The position numbers and the translations under genes are program-made. A DNA stretch of 64,000 nt from Vicinamibacteria bacterium (GTDB lineage: Bacteria > Acidobacteriota > Vicinamibacteria > Marinacidobacterales > Marinacidobacteraceae). How positions within the stretch are numbered: the stretch's first letter is position 1; the number at the start of each line of letters is the position of its first letter. The stretch is from NCBI GenBank assembly GCA_964291235.2, contig OZ219816.1:1792001-1856000 (forward strand), given 5' to 3'. Shown one piece after another: positions 1 to 9,965 of this stretch. The notes beneath the pieces are model-generated. The model was given only the letters and a program-made list of their open reading frames with translations, did no database searches and was not told the DNA's origin.

Positions 1-18
1 CGAATCTGCCTGGCAGGG

Positions 19-2520
19 TCAGTCGGTCCGCAGGGCGTTCATCGGCGTGATGCGCATTGCGCGGCTGGAAGCGATCCAACTCGCCCCGGTCGCAGCGAGG
101 GTCAGGAGGGCGGCGCCCAATACATAGACGACGGGATTGGCAGGGGTCACGCCGAAAAGGAAGCCTCGCAGTGCTGCCCCGGCGCCAAGACTCCCAATCA
201 ATCCGACGGACAAACCGACAACGACGAGTTTGAGCGTTCCCCCAACCATCATCCTGCGCACCTTCGTTGGGGTCGCTCCGAGCGCCATCCGGACACCTAC
301 TTCTTTGGTGCGCTTTGCGATCAGATACGAGACCACGCCATAGAGACCAACGAGAACGAGAACCAGCGCGGCACCGGCCGCAAGGGTCACCAGCACGAGA
401 AGCAGACCGTTCCGGCCCATGGATCGGTCCAGCACGCTGCTCATGGTCTCGGCCTCCTCCAGGGCGATTCCGGTGTCCAGGTCGGCAAAGATGCGACGCA
501 CCTCGGGAACCGCGGCGACCGGATCTGCCGACCGCATGCGCACCACAATATTCATGGCCGTGTCGAACCAGCCGCTTTCGCCGGGGATGTGCGCCAGGGG
601 GTAGTAGACGTGAATGGCCGGTGTCTCGGTCACCGACGACCCGAAGACATCGCCGACGACTCCAACCACCGTGTACCAAGGCTCCCTCCGACCATGTGGC
701 GCGAGGCGCTTCCCAAGGGGGTCTTCGCCCGGCCAGAACCGGTCAGCGAATCCCCGGCTCACCACAGCACTGCCACGGGAGGGATCGTCGAGATCCGTCG
801 TCTCCAGCGTCCTCCCGCGGAGGAGGGGAATCCCCATCGCTCGGAAATACCCCGGTGTGACGATGTCCTGGGCCGCACACGACGTGAGTTCCGAAGAGCC
901 AAGCCGTGCTGTCACGGCCCTGTCGGCGAAGGCCTGCACTACGCAGCCGCCGGTAGCAAAGGGCACGCTGGAAACGGCGCCGACGACAGCGACACCGGGT
1001 AGCGCTTCGATTCGCGATTCCGCCTCCCGTAGGAGTCGCCACCAACTGGAGTGGTCCTGAGAGCGGCCACTCGGATGGGCAGTGACCTTCACGACTCCAT
1101 CCGGATTAATTCCGGGGTCCGCGACGGCCAGATTGCGGAAGCTCGCCAGCAGGAAACCCGCGGCAACCAGCAAGATCAGGGCAAGCCCCACCTGGCCGGC
1201 TACCAACCCCGAACGCGTGCGCTGTCGCTGGAAGGAGGTCGTCGCACCCCGACCCGCGTCCGCCAGCGGGGCACGCAGATCGCGAGTAGACCAGACTGCC
1301 AATGCCGCGAGCGCGGCCGCGAGTACGAACGACACCGCCACGGCAAACGCGACCGCAGCGTAGTCGACCGCCACTTCATCAACGCGGGGCAGGAGCACCG
1401 GAGTTGCAGCGACCAGATACCTACACAGGGACCAGGCGACCGCGAGGCCGAGCAAGCCGCTGGCACCCGCAAGTAACGCGCTCTGCGCCGCAAAGTAACG
1501 GCCGGTCATGGCCTGATCCGCGCCGACGGCGACGCGGACGCCCAAATCGCTCCGCTGGGTTTCGACGCGAGCGAGCATCAAGCAGGCGATATCCGCCCAC
1601 GCGACCAGCAGGAGCAGCGCAGCCGCCCCCAGCAAGATGGGCAACAACACCGCGGTGTCTCCCACCAAGTGGGTCTTCAAGTCCCGCAGCCGGCTGCGAA
1701 AGCCAAACCGCTCCATGAAGTCACCCACGAACTGGGCACCGTACGCCTCGGGATAGGCATCGGGCAGGGTTGCCGTCAGGCTGTCCACCTCAGCTTGCGC
1801 AGGACCAAGCGTTGCACCTCGCGCGAGTCTGGCGATGACGACCGTAGTGTGATCGTTGTAGTGCGTCCCACCGGGGTCGAGAATGTTCGGAAGCCAAACA
1901 TCCGTGTCGTCCGCGAGTCTGTGCCCCATCGGATCAACAACCCCAATGATCGGCACGGCCACCTCTGTTCCGCCGACAACACCCGGTCCAATCCGTATTG
2001 CCTTACCAACCACATCCGGGTCGCCGCCGAAGTAGCGGCGCCAGAAGCCTCGCGACAAGACGGCGACCAGCGGCGCGCCGGGGTCGTCGTCGGCTTCCAG
2101 GAGACTTCGCCCGAGCGCAGCGCGCGCACCGAACATCCTGTGGATACCGGCGGTTGCGAACGCCACGCGCACTCGGGTGGCCGCTCGCGAGTTCCGGGGC
2201 CCGACGCTGGCAGCCTGGTGCCGAAGCGCCCCGATGTCGTCAAACGCTTCGGCGTGCTCGCGAAAATGGAGGTATTGAGCGTTTGATGCACCCCACTCCG
2301 CCTCTACCCCGGAACCCGGCACCTCGCTCCGAACAATGACCAGGCGACCGGCATCAGGGAAAGCCAAGGGATCGATGAGAACCCGCTTGACCGTGGCATA
2401 CAGGGCGACGGTGGCACCGATGCCGAGACCGAGCACGAGCACGGCGACAGCAGTGAAACCCGGACTGCGTGCGAGGCCGCGGGTAGCCTGACGACAGTCG
2501 ATCAACCAGCGGTGGAGCAT
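19..2520 (-). CDS. ABC transporter permease, duplicated MacB/FtsX architecture (ADOP-like orphan permease)
   Basis: 833-aa ORF starting 'RGLARSPGFTAVAVLVLGLGIGA', with two periplasmic/FtsX halves, 'RTKEVGVRMALGA' and C-terminal 'PMNALRTD'; no adjacent ATPase visible. Confidence 0.85.
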   Translation of the reverse strand: MLHRWLIDCRQATRGLARSPGFTAVAVLVLGLGIGATVALYATVKRVLIDPLAFPDAGRLVIVRSEVPGSGVEAEWGASNAQYLHFREHAEAFDDIGALRHQAASVGPRNSRAATRVRVAFATAGIHRMFGARAALGRSLLEADDDPGAPLVAVLSRGFWRRYFGGDPDVVGKAIRIGPGVVGGTEVAVPIIGVVDPMGHRLADDTDVWLPNILDPGGTHYNDHTTVVIARLARGATLGPAQAEVDSLTATLPDAYPEAYGAQFVGDFMERFGFRSRLRDLKTHLVGDTAVLLPILLGAAALLLLVAWADIACLMLARVETQRSDLGVRVAVGADQAMTGRYFAAQSALLAGASGLLGLAVAWSLCRYLVAATPVLLPRVDEVAVDYAAVAFAVAVSFVLAAALAALAVWSTRDLRAPLADAGRGATTSFQRQRTRSGLVAGQVGLALILLVAAGFLLASFRNLAVADPGINPDGVVKVTAHPSGRSQDHSSWWRLLREAESRIEALPGVAVVGAVSSVPFATGGCVVQAFADRAVTARLGSSELTSCAAQDIVTPGYFRAMGIPLLRGRTLETTDLDDPSRGSAVVSRGFADRFWPGEDPLGKRLAPHGRREPWYTVVGVVGDVFGSSVTETPAIHVYYPLAHIPGESGWFDTAMNIVVRMRSADPVAAVPEVRRIFADLDTGIALEEAETMSSVLDRSMGRNGLLLVLVTLAAGAALVLVLVGLYGVVSYLIAKRTKEVGVRMALGATPTKVRRMMVGGTLKLVVVGLSVGLIGSLGAGAALRGFLFGVTPANPVVYVLGAALLTLAATGASWIASSRAMRITPMNALRTD

Positions 2521-2606
2521 CGTCCTTTACCCGCGGCCGGCTCGGTATCCGCTGAGGTCCGTCATGAAACGAGACGCCACCGATGCGGCAGACGATTCAC
2601 GGCTCG

Positions 2607-4217
2607 CTAGCGTCGATCGGCCTCCCGGGCGGCGCGAAACTCGCTCGTTTCGCTCCACTCGGGCCATGCGTCCGAATCGGCGAGGCGGCGACCCATCCGG
2701 TAGAGGAACTCGAGGTCGTCCACCATCCCGGAGAGGTCGTACCAGTCCTCCACCTCGTCGCCCGGCTTGTGGTACGCCTCGGCCACGTAGGCGGCCCGGA
2801 CCTCCATGCCGTAGCCCGCGGGCTTGCCGATGAAGTCCACACCGCCGTCCGGGTAGAAAGCGGGGATGCCCACCTTGGCGAACTCGAAGTGGTCGGAGCG
2901 GTAGTAGTACCCCTTGTCCGGCTCGGGGTCGGGGGTCAGCTCCCGGCCGAGCTCCGCCGCCACCGCGGCGGCGACGTCATCGAGCTCGGACTGCCCGAGG
3001 CCGACGACCGTGATATCGGTGGTGCGACCCCAGACGTTCATCCCGTCCATATTGAGCGCCGCCACCGTGTCCGCCGCCGGATAGAGCGGGTTTTCGGCGT
3101 AGTGGCGGGAGCCGAGCAGCCCCTGCTCTTCGGCGGTGACCGCCAGGAACACGATGCTGCGACGCGGCGCCCCGTCGGCGGCGAAGGCCTCGGCCAGCGC
3201 CAGCAGGCCGGTCGTGCCGGTGGCGTTATCGAAGGCGCCGTTGAAGATGTTGTCGCCCTCCATTCCGAGCGCGGTGCCGAGGTGATCCCAGTGGGCGGTG
3301 TAGATGACGGTTTCACCGGGCGAGTCCGTACCCGGCAGGCGCGCTACGACGTTGTTGGAGTCAATCTCGCGGTGCGAGGTCTCGAGGGTGAAGCTCGCCG
3401 TGACGCCGAGCGGCATTGGACTGAAATCGGGAGAAACGGCCGTCTCTCTGGCCGCCTCGAAGTCCGTTCCCGCGGCCTCGAACAGGGAGATCGCCTGCTC
3501 CCGGGAGATCCAGCCCTCCACCTCGAGCCGATCCGTGTTGCCGCCGGGGGTGCGCAGGCCGAACTGTTCCCCGGTCCAGGAGCCGCTCACCACCTCCCAG
3601 GGATAGCCGGCAGGGCCTGTTTCGTGGACGATGAGCGCCCCGAGCGCCCCCATCGCGGCGGCCTTTTCGAACTTGTAGGTCCAGCGGCCGTAGTAGGTCA
3701 TCGCGTCGCCGCCGAAGTGGTGCTCTCCGGGCGGATCGTTCACGAGCACCACCAGGATCTTGCCCGCGAGGTCGGCGTCTCCGAAGTCATCCCAGCCATA
3801 TTCCGGCGCCTGGACGCCGTAGCCGACAAAGAGCAGTTCTCCGGAGGCGTTCACCTCCGGCACCACGCGATTCGTCCAGGCCACGAAGTCCACCGCCGGT
3901 TCCCAGTCGCCTCCCGGATCGGAGGAGGCCTGCATGGTGATGGCGGTGGAACCCATCAGCGGCACCGCCTGGACCCAGGTGCCGTCCGGGTTGCCGGGTT
4001 GGAGTCCCAGTTCCTCAAACGCCCCCGTGAGGTAGGCAACGGTCTTCTCCTCTCCGGGCGAGGCGGGCGCCCGGCCGCCGAACTCGTCGGACGCGAGGGT
4101 GGAGATGTGGGAGAGGAGGCGACCCTCATCGAAACGCGGGCCGGATTCGCCACAGCCGGCGAGCGGCAGGGCGGCAATGAGGACGGCGGACACCACCGGG
4201 AACAGGGCACGAAGCAT
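2607..4217 (-). CDS. M28 family metallopeptidase lipoprotein with PA domain
   Basis: Lipobox 'LAGC'; motifs 'TAHWDHLG', 'GAFDNATG', 'AEEQGLLGS', 'RSDH', 'YHKPGD'. Confidence 0.9.
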   Translation of the reverse strand: MLRALFPVVSAVLIAALPLAGCGESGPRFDEGRLLSHISTLASDEFGGRAPASPGEEKTVAYLTGAFEELGLQPGNPDGTWVQAVPLMGSTAITMQASSDPGGDWEPAVDFVAWTNRVVPEVNASGELLFVGYGVQAPEYGWDDFGDADLAGKILVVLVNDPPGEHHFGGDAMTYYGRWTYKFEKAAAMGALGALIVHETGPAGYPWEVVSGSWTGEQFGLRTPGGNTDRLEVEGWISREQAISLFEAAGTDFEAARETAVSPDFSPMPLGVTASFTLETSHREIDSNNVVARLPGTDSPGETVIYTAHWDHLGTALGMEGDNIFNGAFDNATGTTGLLALAEAFAADGAPRRSIVFLAVTAEEQGLLGSRHYAENPLYPAADTVAALNMDGMNVWGRTTDITVVGLGQSELDDVAAAVAAELGRELTPDPEPDKGYYYRSDHFEFAKVGIPAFYPDGGVDFIGKPAGYGMEVRAAYVAEAYHKPGDEVEDWYDLSGMVDDLEFLYRMGRRLADSDAWPEWSETSEFRAAREADRR

Positions 4218-4336
4218 GGAGCGGCTCTCCTTGGGAAGGGAACAAAGTCTGCCAGAATCCCGTCTTTGTACGAGATTCGCGCGGCTGCGCGGATCATCAA
4301 CGGTCCGGGGGTTCCTCCGGAAACAGGAGCCTCTCG

Positions 4337-4825
4337 ATGCCGACTTCCTATTCCTCCACCTGGGCGCTGGTTCGCACCCCGGTCCTGATCACGCTCGCGG
4401 TCACGGCGCTGCGCCTGCTGGGCGCCCTCGGCGGCCTGCCCGATTTCCTGGTGAACCGCGAGGCCGGCGGAATGGGCGCCATCATCGGGATCGTCTGGCT
4501 GTCCCCGATCTTCGCGTTCTGGTTCGGCCGCCAACACGCCCGTTCCGGAAACACCGGAATCGGAGCGGCGCTCAAGACGAACTTCGTCTATGGACTCGGG
4601 GCCCGGATCCCGGTCATCCTCATCATGCTCCTCGCCACCCTCGGCGACTGGGGCACCCACTACGACGCCTATCCGCCGGAGATGGAGGCGACGATGGGTC
4701 CGGTGGCCCAGTGGTTCTGGGGCGGCCTGCTCGCGCAGGTCGGCTTCTGGCTCGTCATCTGGACCACCATCCTCGGCGGCCTCATCACCTGGCTGACCGC
4801 GAAGTTCAGCGCCCGGAGCGCTTGA
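4337..4825 (+). CDS. Hypothetical membrane protein (about 4 TM helices)
   Basis: Hydrophobic 162-aa ORF with GGAG RBS, 4 nt upstream of the next gene. Confidence 0.7.
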   Translation: MPTSYSSTWALVRTPVLITLAVTALRLLGALGGLPDFLVNREAGGMGAIIGIVWLSPIFAFWFGRQHARSGNTGIGAALKTNFVYGLGARIPVILIMLLATLGDWGTHYDAYPPEMEATMGPVAQWFWGGLLAQVGFWLVIWTTILGGLITWLTAKFSARSA

Positions 4826-4829
4826 GCCG

Positions 4830-5369
4830 ATGACCTCAACAGCCGCCGATCTCCGATTTCCGATCGGCAAGTTCGCCGACCCGGGCGCGATTACCGAGCA
4901 CCACGTCCGTGCCTGGGCTGGCGACGTCGCCGCGCTGCCAGGGGACCTGCGCCAGACGGTGACGCCGCTCAACGACGAGCAGCTGAACACGCCGTACCGC
5001 CCCGGCGGCTGGACCATCCGCCAGGTGGTCCATCACCTGCCCGACAGCCACCTGAATTGCTTGCTGCGCTTCCGTTGGGCCCTGACCGAGAATCGTCCGG
5101 TCATCAAGCCCTACGACGAAGCGGCCGTGGCGGCTCTACCGGACTACCGGTCGGCGCCGATCGGCCATTCGCTCGACCTGCTCGACAGCCTGCACGCACG
5201 GTGGGTAGACATCATTCGGAGCCTGAGCTGGGACCAGTTGCAACGGACGTTCGTGAACCCGGAGTCCGGCGAGGACACGCTGGCCCGGACCGTCGGGATC
5301 TACGCGTGGCACGGCCGGCACCATCTCGCCCACATCGAGAAACGGATCGAGCGTGAGAACTGGGCCTGA
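4830..5369 (+). CDS. YfiT/BstA-like DinB-family thiol transferase
   Basis: 'LRFPIGKF', 'TPYRPGGWTIRQVVHHLPDSH', 'YAWHGRHHLAHI'. Confidence 0.88.
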   Translation: MTSTAADLRFPIGKFADPGAITEHHVRAWAGDVAALPGDLRQTVTPLNDEQLNTPYRPGGWTIRQVVHHLPDSHLNCLLRFRWALTENRPVIKPYDEAAVAALPDYRSAPIGHSLDLLDSLHARWVDIIRSLSWDQLQRTFVNPESGEDTLARTVGIYAWHGRHHLAHIEKRIERENWA

Positions 5370-5390
5370 CCCGCTGGCCCCGGCGGTCCT

Positions 5391-5795
5391 TCAGTAGGCC
5401 ACCGCCAGCCGGAAACGCGCGCCGGCGCGAACGGCGGCCGACAGGACGGTTTCCAGCTCGGTGAGTTCCGTGACCAGGGTGTCCTCCCCGGGAAAGCCCT
5501 CCGGGGCACCGGACACCGTGCCGAGGAGCGTCTGCACGAGCCGGAGCCCGACGCGGGAGTCAAACCACCCCGCCGGAGTAACCGCATCCACGTCCGTATC
5601 GAAATTGAGATCCGCGGCGAGGATCTCGGACTCCTCGGGGCTCATGCTGACGAACTCGTCGAGCGGCTGGAGTCCGGCCTCTTCGGCGACCTCCGACAGT
5701 TCCCAACGGGCCTGATTCAGTGCGTAGCCCTCGAAGTCCTCGGGGGTCACGCCCTCGACCTGGCGATCGAGGGCGACCGAAATGCCTACGCCCAA
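5391..5795 (-). CDS. Hypothetical protein
   Basis: Acidic 134-aa ORF filling the gap downstream of the DUF1684 gene; start codon uncertain. Confidence 0.6.
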   Translation of the reverse strand: MGVGISVALDRQVEGVTPEDFEGYALNQARWELSEVAEEAGLQPLDEFVSMSPEESEILAADLNFDTDVDAVTPAGWFDSRVGLRLVQTLLGTVSGAPEGFPGEDTLVTELTELETVLSAAVRAGARFRLAVAY

Positions 5796-5807
5796 GAGAT
5801 GGAATCG

Positions 5808-6728
5808 TCAGTCGGTGGGCGCGGAGCCGGGCAGGTAGCGCTGCTCTCCCGCTTCAATCCGAATGGAGAGGCGGTTTTGCGGCGGCGGGGTCGGACAGGT
5901 AGTGAACCTGTTGAAACCGCAGGGTGGGTTCTCGGCGCGGTTGAAGTCCAGGACCGCCCAGCCGTCCTGCGCCGGGGGCGTCTCCAGGAAGCGCGCCGAG
6001 GGATAGGTCTCGTTGCCGCTCGTGCCGTCGGAAATGATGAAGAACAGGTCGCCGTTCGACCGGTTGAACGCCTGCAGCCGGATCTCCTCACCGTCCAGCT
6101 CGAAGACCGCTTCGCCGTCGGATTCGTAGTTCTCGACATCCCCCCGAATGTTGATCGCCTCCACGTGACGGCGCTCGGGATAGCGCTCGAACGCGGCGGC
6201 CACCCGGAACTTCGGATCGAGTGGGAACCACCGGCGCCCGGTGAAGTTCACGCGCAGGGAGTTGTCCAGATCGCGCATCCGGAGCGCCCGGCGCTCCCCG
6301 CTCGAGTGCAGCCAGAAGCTCACGCGGTCGTCCAGGACGACCGCTCCCGCTTCTCCCCTTTCCAGCACGCCTTCGGTGAAGGGCTCGCCGGCGACCAGGG
6401 CGTTGACGCCGTCGGCGACCTTGGCCATGGCTTTGCCGTCCGCCGTCCAGGATACGGTGACCGCCGCCTCGGGAAACCGGTCGGGAAGGCGCAGGTCGGC
6501 GTCCTCGCCGCTCCCCACGAGATGGTCGCCGACGGTGAGGAAATGGAGTCCGGCGACGGTGAGCCAACTGCCGTCCGAAGTCAGCTCCTCCTCGACGGTC
6601 ACGCGGTGAGTTTCCTCACCCGTCCTCCAGGCCGATTCGTCGAACGGCGGAGACCCGCCGCCGCTACAGCCCATCCCGGCGAAGGCGAGAGCAGTAAGGA
6701 ACAGGCCGGGCCGGAGGTGAGTGCGCAT
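5808..6728 (-). CDS. DUF1684 family lipoprotein
   Basis: Lipobox 'GMGC'; 'SWLTVAGLHFL', 'DGTSGNETYPSARFL', 'LDFNRAENPPCGFNRFTTCPTPPPQNRL'. Confidence 0.88.
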   Translation of the reverse strand: MRTHLRPGLFLTALAFAGMGCSGGGSPPFDESAWRTGEETHRVTVEEELTSDGSWLTVAGLHFLTVGDHLVGSGEDADLRLPDRFPEAAVTVSWTADGKAMAKVADGVNALVAGEPFTEGVLERGEAGAVVLDDRVSFWLHSSGERRALRMRDLDNSLRVNFTGRRWFPLDPKFRVAAAFERYPERRHVEAINIRGDVENYESDGEAVFELDGEEIRLQAFNRSNGDLFFIISDGTSGNETYPSARFLETPPAQDGWAVLDFNRAENPPCGFNRFTTCPTPPPQNRLSIRIEAGEQRYLPGSAPTD

Positions 6729-6777
6729 GGAGGGATTGTAAGTTCGAGCGCCCCGGCGCCGGCAAGGACGGAAGGCG

Positions 6778-7879
6778 CTAAGGGGCGGATCGGGCCGCGA
6801 GCGTCAGGCCGGCCTTGATGAACCCGTCGAGATCCCCGCTCATCACGCGCTCCACGTCCCCTACCTGGTGGTTCGTCCGATGGTCCTTCACCATCCGGTA
6901 CGGCTGGAACACGTAGGACCGGATCTGGTTCCCCCAGGTGTTGTCCCCCAGGCTTTCCTTCTGGGCTTCTTCCTGGGCCTTCCGCTCCCGCACCGCTCGG
7001 TCGTAAAGACGCGCGCGCAGCACCTTCATCGCGCTATCCCGGTTCCGGTGCTGGGAACGTTCGTTCTGGCAGGAAACGACGATCCCGGTGGGCAGGTGGG
7101 TGATGCGGACCGCCGAATCGGTGACGTTCACGTGCTGGCCACCCTTGCCGCTGGCCCGGAAGGTGTCGATCCGGAGATCGTTCTCGTCCACGTCGATCTC
7201 GATCTTGTCGTCGAGATCGGGGAAGGCGGCCACCGAGGCGAAGGACGTGTGGCGCCGGTGCTGCGTGTCGAACGGCGACATCCGCACCAATCGGTGGATT
7301 CCCGACTCCACCCGGAGCCGGCCGTAGGCGTGGTCGCCCCGGACCTCGAAGGTCGCTCCCTTGATACCGGCTTCCTCCCCCGGCTGCCGGTCGAGAAGTT
7401 GGATCTCGAATCCCCGGCCCCTGGCCCAGCGGATGTACATGCCGAGCAGCATTTCCGCCCAATCCTGGGCGTCGGTCCCCCCGGCCCCCGGGTTGATGGT
7501 CACGATGGCGTCCTCGGTGTCGTGTTCGCCCGCGAACAACCGCTGGAGTTCGAACTCGTTGAGCTGGCGTTCGAGACGGTCGAGGTGTTCCCGGAAATCG
7601 TCCGCGACGTCTTCGCCCTCGCGCACCCACTCGGCGAGCGTCTCGACTTCGTCCACGGCCCGAGCGAACGCGGCGCTCCGCTCCAACTCCGCGAGCACCC
7701 GCGCCCGGCGCCGCGAAAGCGCCTCGCCGTCGCCCGACGCCGACCAAACGGCAGGATCGCTCAGGCGACCGTCGAGATCCCCAAGCTCGTCCGTCAGAGC
7801 GTCCGGGTCAAAGAAACCCCCGGACCACCGCGGCGCGACTGCAAAGGGTCTCGTAGCGGTCGAGCAGTTCCTGACTCAT
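6778..7879 (-). CDS. prfB: Peptide chain release factor 2, programmed +1 frameshift (join 7879-7811, 7809-6778; about 366 aa)
   Basis: ATG at 7879 reads 23 codons to CGG GGG TTT CTT TGA C; the +1 frame continues DPDAL... into the ORF with SPF and GGQ motifs. Confidence 0.95.
7807..7822 (-). promoter_or_regulatory. prfB +1 frameshift signal (internal SD GGGGG + CTT TGA C)
   Basis: Minus strand reads GGGGGTTTCTTTGAC, the canonical RF2 autoregulatory site. Confidence 0.93.
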
Positions 7880-7996
7880 GGGTGGTTCTCCGGGGGGCGC
7901 CGCTGAATTCTAGCGGGGGGACGCCGGCCGGACAGCGGTGAACCCCGGGTGGCCGAGCGCTACCGGCGCCGGTTCACCCGGGTTCTCCCCAGGTGT

Positions 7997-8746
7997 TCAG
8001 CGGCTCGTGACCAGCGTCGCGAACTGCTCGCTCTCCAGCCGGGCCGCAAGCGCCCGGGCCGCCTCGCGGCTCTCGAAGTGCCCGACCCGGACGCGGAAGA
8101 TCCCGGCCGGAGTGCCCTCGATGTACCCCTCGATCTCGCTAGCCGCAAGTGCCTGCAACATCCGCTCGGCGGAGGCCCGGTCGCGGAAGGCGGCGACCTG
8201 AATAGTGAACTTTCCACCGCTGGCCGGTGCCGGCCGGTCACCGGCTTCGGACGGAGCCGGGCGCGCGGCGCGACGCTCGCGGGCGTTCGCGAGGGTGCGG
8301 GACGCTAGCTGGTCGGGGCTGGTGGACGCCGCGCGAGACGCGGGCCGGGGAGCCGGGGCTGGCGAGACCGGAGCCGACGCGATTGGGGCCGACGCGATTG
8401 GGGCCCGGGTTGGAGGCGTCGCGGAAGCGTCCGGTCGAACCGGCGAACGCTCCGCGGTCCGGGCCGCGGGCGTCGGCTCGGACCGGATGGGCAAACGGAG
8501 CGCGTCTTCCGCCGGCGCCTCGGATGCGGCGGCGGAAGTTGCGGCCGCCGGGCGGGCCGGCGTCGGAACCGGGTTCACCTGGCGGGCCACCACCAGGTCT
8601 TGAGCGCCGGGCGCCATCCCGCGTCCGATGACAATCCCGCCGACGAAAACGCCCACCACGATCACGATGAGCAGGCCGAACATGAGCACGAGCTGGCGCG
8701 TGGTGAATTGAACGTCGTAGTGATCGCTGTCGTGGTGGCCGTGCAT
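7997..8746 (-). CDS. SPOR-domain membrane protein (FtsN/DedD-like)
   Basis: N-terminal TM helix, Ala/Pro-rich linker, C-terminal 'FTIQVAAF...FRVRVGHF'; ATG 8746 follows GGAGG. Confidence 0.85.
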   Translation of the reverse strand: MHGHHDSDHYDVQFTTRQLVLMFGLLIVIVVGVFVGGIVIGRGMAPGAQDLVVARQVNPVPTPARPAAATSAAASEAPAEDALRLPIRSEPTPAARTAERSPVRPDASATPPTRAPIASAPIASAPVSPAPAPRPASRAASTSPDQLASRTLANARERRAARPAPSEAGDRPAPASGGKFTIQVAAFRDRASAERMLQALAASEIEGYIEGTPAGIFRVRVGHFESREAARALAARLESEQFATLVTSR

Positions 8747-8854
8747 GAAACCCTCCGGGGGAATGGGACGCCAGGGCGCTCCTGAAGCAGCGCCTCCCCA
8801 CACCCTTAGTGCTGACCCTAGCAGAAGTTACCCCGAATTTCTAAAGCGATGCTT

Positions 8855-8901
8855 TAGCAACCAGTGGCAAAACCCGCGTGGGGTTTCACCACAGGCTGTC
8901 A
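8855..8901. mobile_element. Mini derivative of the MITE-like family (two termini, almost no interior)
   Basis: tagcaaccagtggcaaaaccc...gggtttcaccacaggctgtca matches both ends of the 27627-27811 copy. Confidence 0.65.
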
Positions 8902-9139
8902 ACAGCCTGTGGTGAAACGCACGTGAGCACCGAGACGAGTGAGGCCCAGTTCTCCCGGTGGGGCCAGTTCTCCCGGTGGGGGCCCGGCTGACAAGGCGCG
9001 TGAGGGAGGAATACCGAGCGTATTTCGACCGAAACGCAACGATGAGCGCCTCGCAGAGGCGCGGCCAGTTCTCCCGGTGGGGGCCAGCCGGGATGCATCG
9101 CTCGTCGTATGCCGCGTGGGTTTTGCCACAGGCTGTTGA
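8899..9139. mobile_element. MITE-like repeat copy A (three 18-mer inserts)
   Basis: Ends tcaacagcctgtggtgaaac / gttttgccacaggctgttga; core gcgcgtgagggaggaataccg..tatttcgaccgaaacgcaacg shared with copies B and D. Confidence 0.8.
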
Positions 9140-9182
9140 GTCCGGGAGGGCAACCGGACGGAGCGGCCGCGGGCCGGAGGAG

Positions 9183-9965
9183 TCAGTCTTCCTTGACGTC
9201 CGTCCGCTTGCTCACCTCGAGGAAGGGTTTCACCAGGTCGAGCGGGAGCGGGAAGATGATCGTCGAGTTCTTCTCGGTAGCGATTTCGGTCAGGGTCTGG
9301 AGATATCGGAGCTGGGCTCCCAGCGGGTGTGTTCCGACCACTTCGGCTGCTCTGGCGAGCTGCGCGGAGGCCTGGAATTCGCCTTCCGCGTGGATGACCT
9401 TGGCGCGCTTTTCGCGTTCGGCCTCCGCCTGCCGCGCCAGCGCCCGGGTCATCTCGCTTGGGAGGTCCACGTGCTTGACCTCCACCGAGGCCACCTTGAT
9501 ACCCCAGGGATCGGTCTGCTGGTCGAGAATCCCCTGCAACGTGACGTTGAGCTGGTCGCGCTGGGAGAGCAGATCATCCAGTTCCACCTGGCCGAGAACG
9601 CTGCGGAGCGTGGTCTGGGCGAGCTGGGAGGTCGCGTAGAGGAAGTCCTCCACCTCGACGACCGCCTTGGTCGGGTTCACCACGCGGAAGAACACCACGG
9701 CATTCACCTTCACCGAAACGTTGTCGCGGGTGATGATGTCCTGCGGCGGAACGTCGAAGGCGACGAGCCGGAGGCTCATCCGCACCATCCGATCGATGGG
9801 TGAGAAGACGAGCACCAGGCCCGGCCCCCGGGGCGTGGGCAGCAGTTTGCCGAATCGGAAAATCACGCCGCGCTCGTACTCGTTCAGGACCTTGATCCAG
9901 TTGAGGACAAAGATCACCGCGAAGGCGATGGCAACGAGGGCTCCCAGGGGAAGTCCGAAGGTCAT
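9183..9965 (-). CDS. SPFH/stomatin-like (slipin) protein
   Basis: '[11 protein letters not shown]', '[19 protein letters not shown]', '[18 protein letters not shown]', 'QLRYLQTL'. Confidence 0.95.
   Translation of the reverse strand: MTFGLPLGALVAIAFAVIFVLNWIKVLNEYERGVIFRFGKLLPTPRGPGLVLVFSPIDRMVRMSLRLVAFDVPPQDIITRDNVSVKVNAVVFFRVVNPTKAVVEVEDFLYATSQLAQTTLRSVLGQVELDDLLSQRDQLNVTLQGILDQQTDPWGIKVASVEVKHVDLPSEMTRALARQAEAEREKRAKVIHAEGEFQASAQLARAAEVVGTHPLGAQLRYLQTLTEIATEKNSTIIFPLPLDLVKPFLEVSKRTDVKED

Noticed and set aside
8373-8405. 15-bp tandem repeat gccgacgcgattggg x2
   Set aside because: In-frame APIAS duplication in a low-complexity linker; ordinary slippage.
8946-9082. 18-mer repeats as a CRISPR array
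   Set aside because: Repeats are too short, spacing is 0 and 83 bp, the intervening sequence is conserved MITE sequence, and no cas genes are present.
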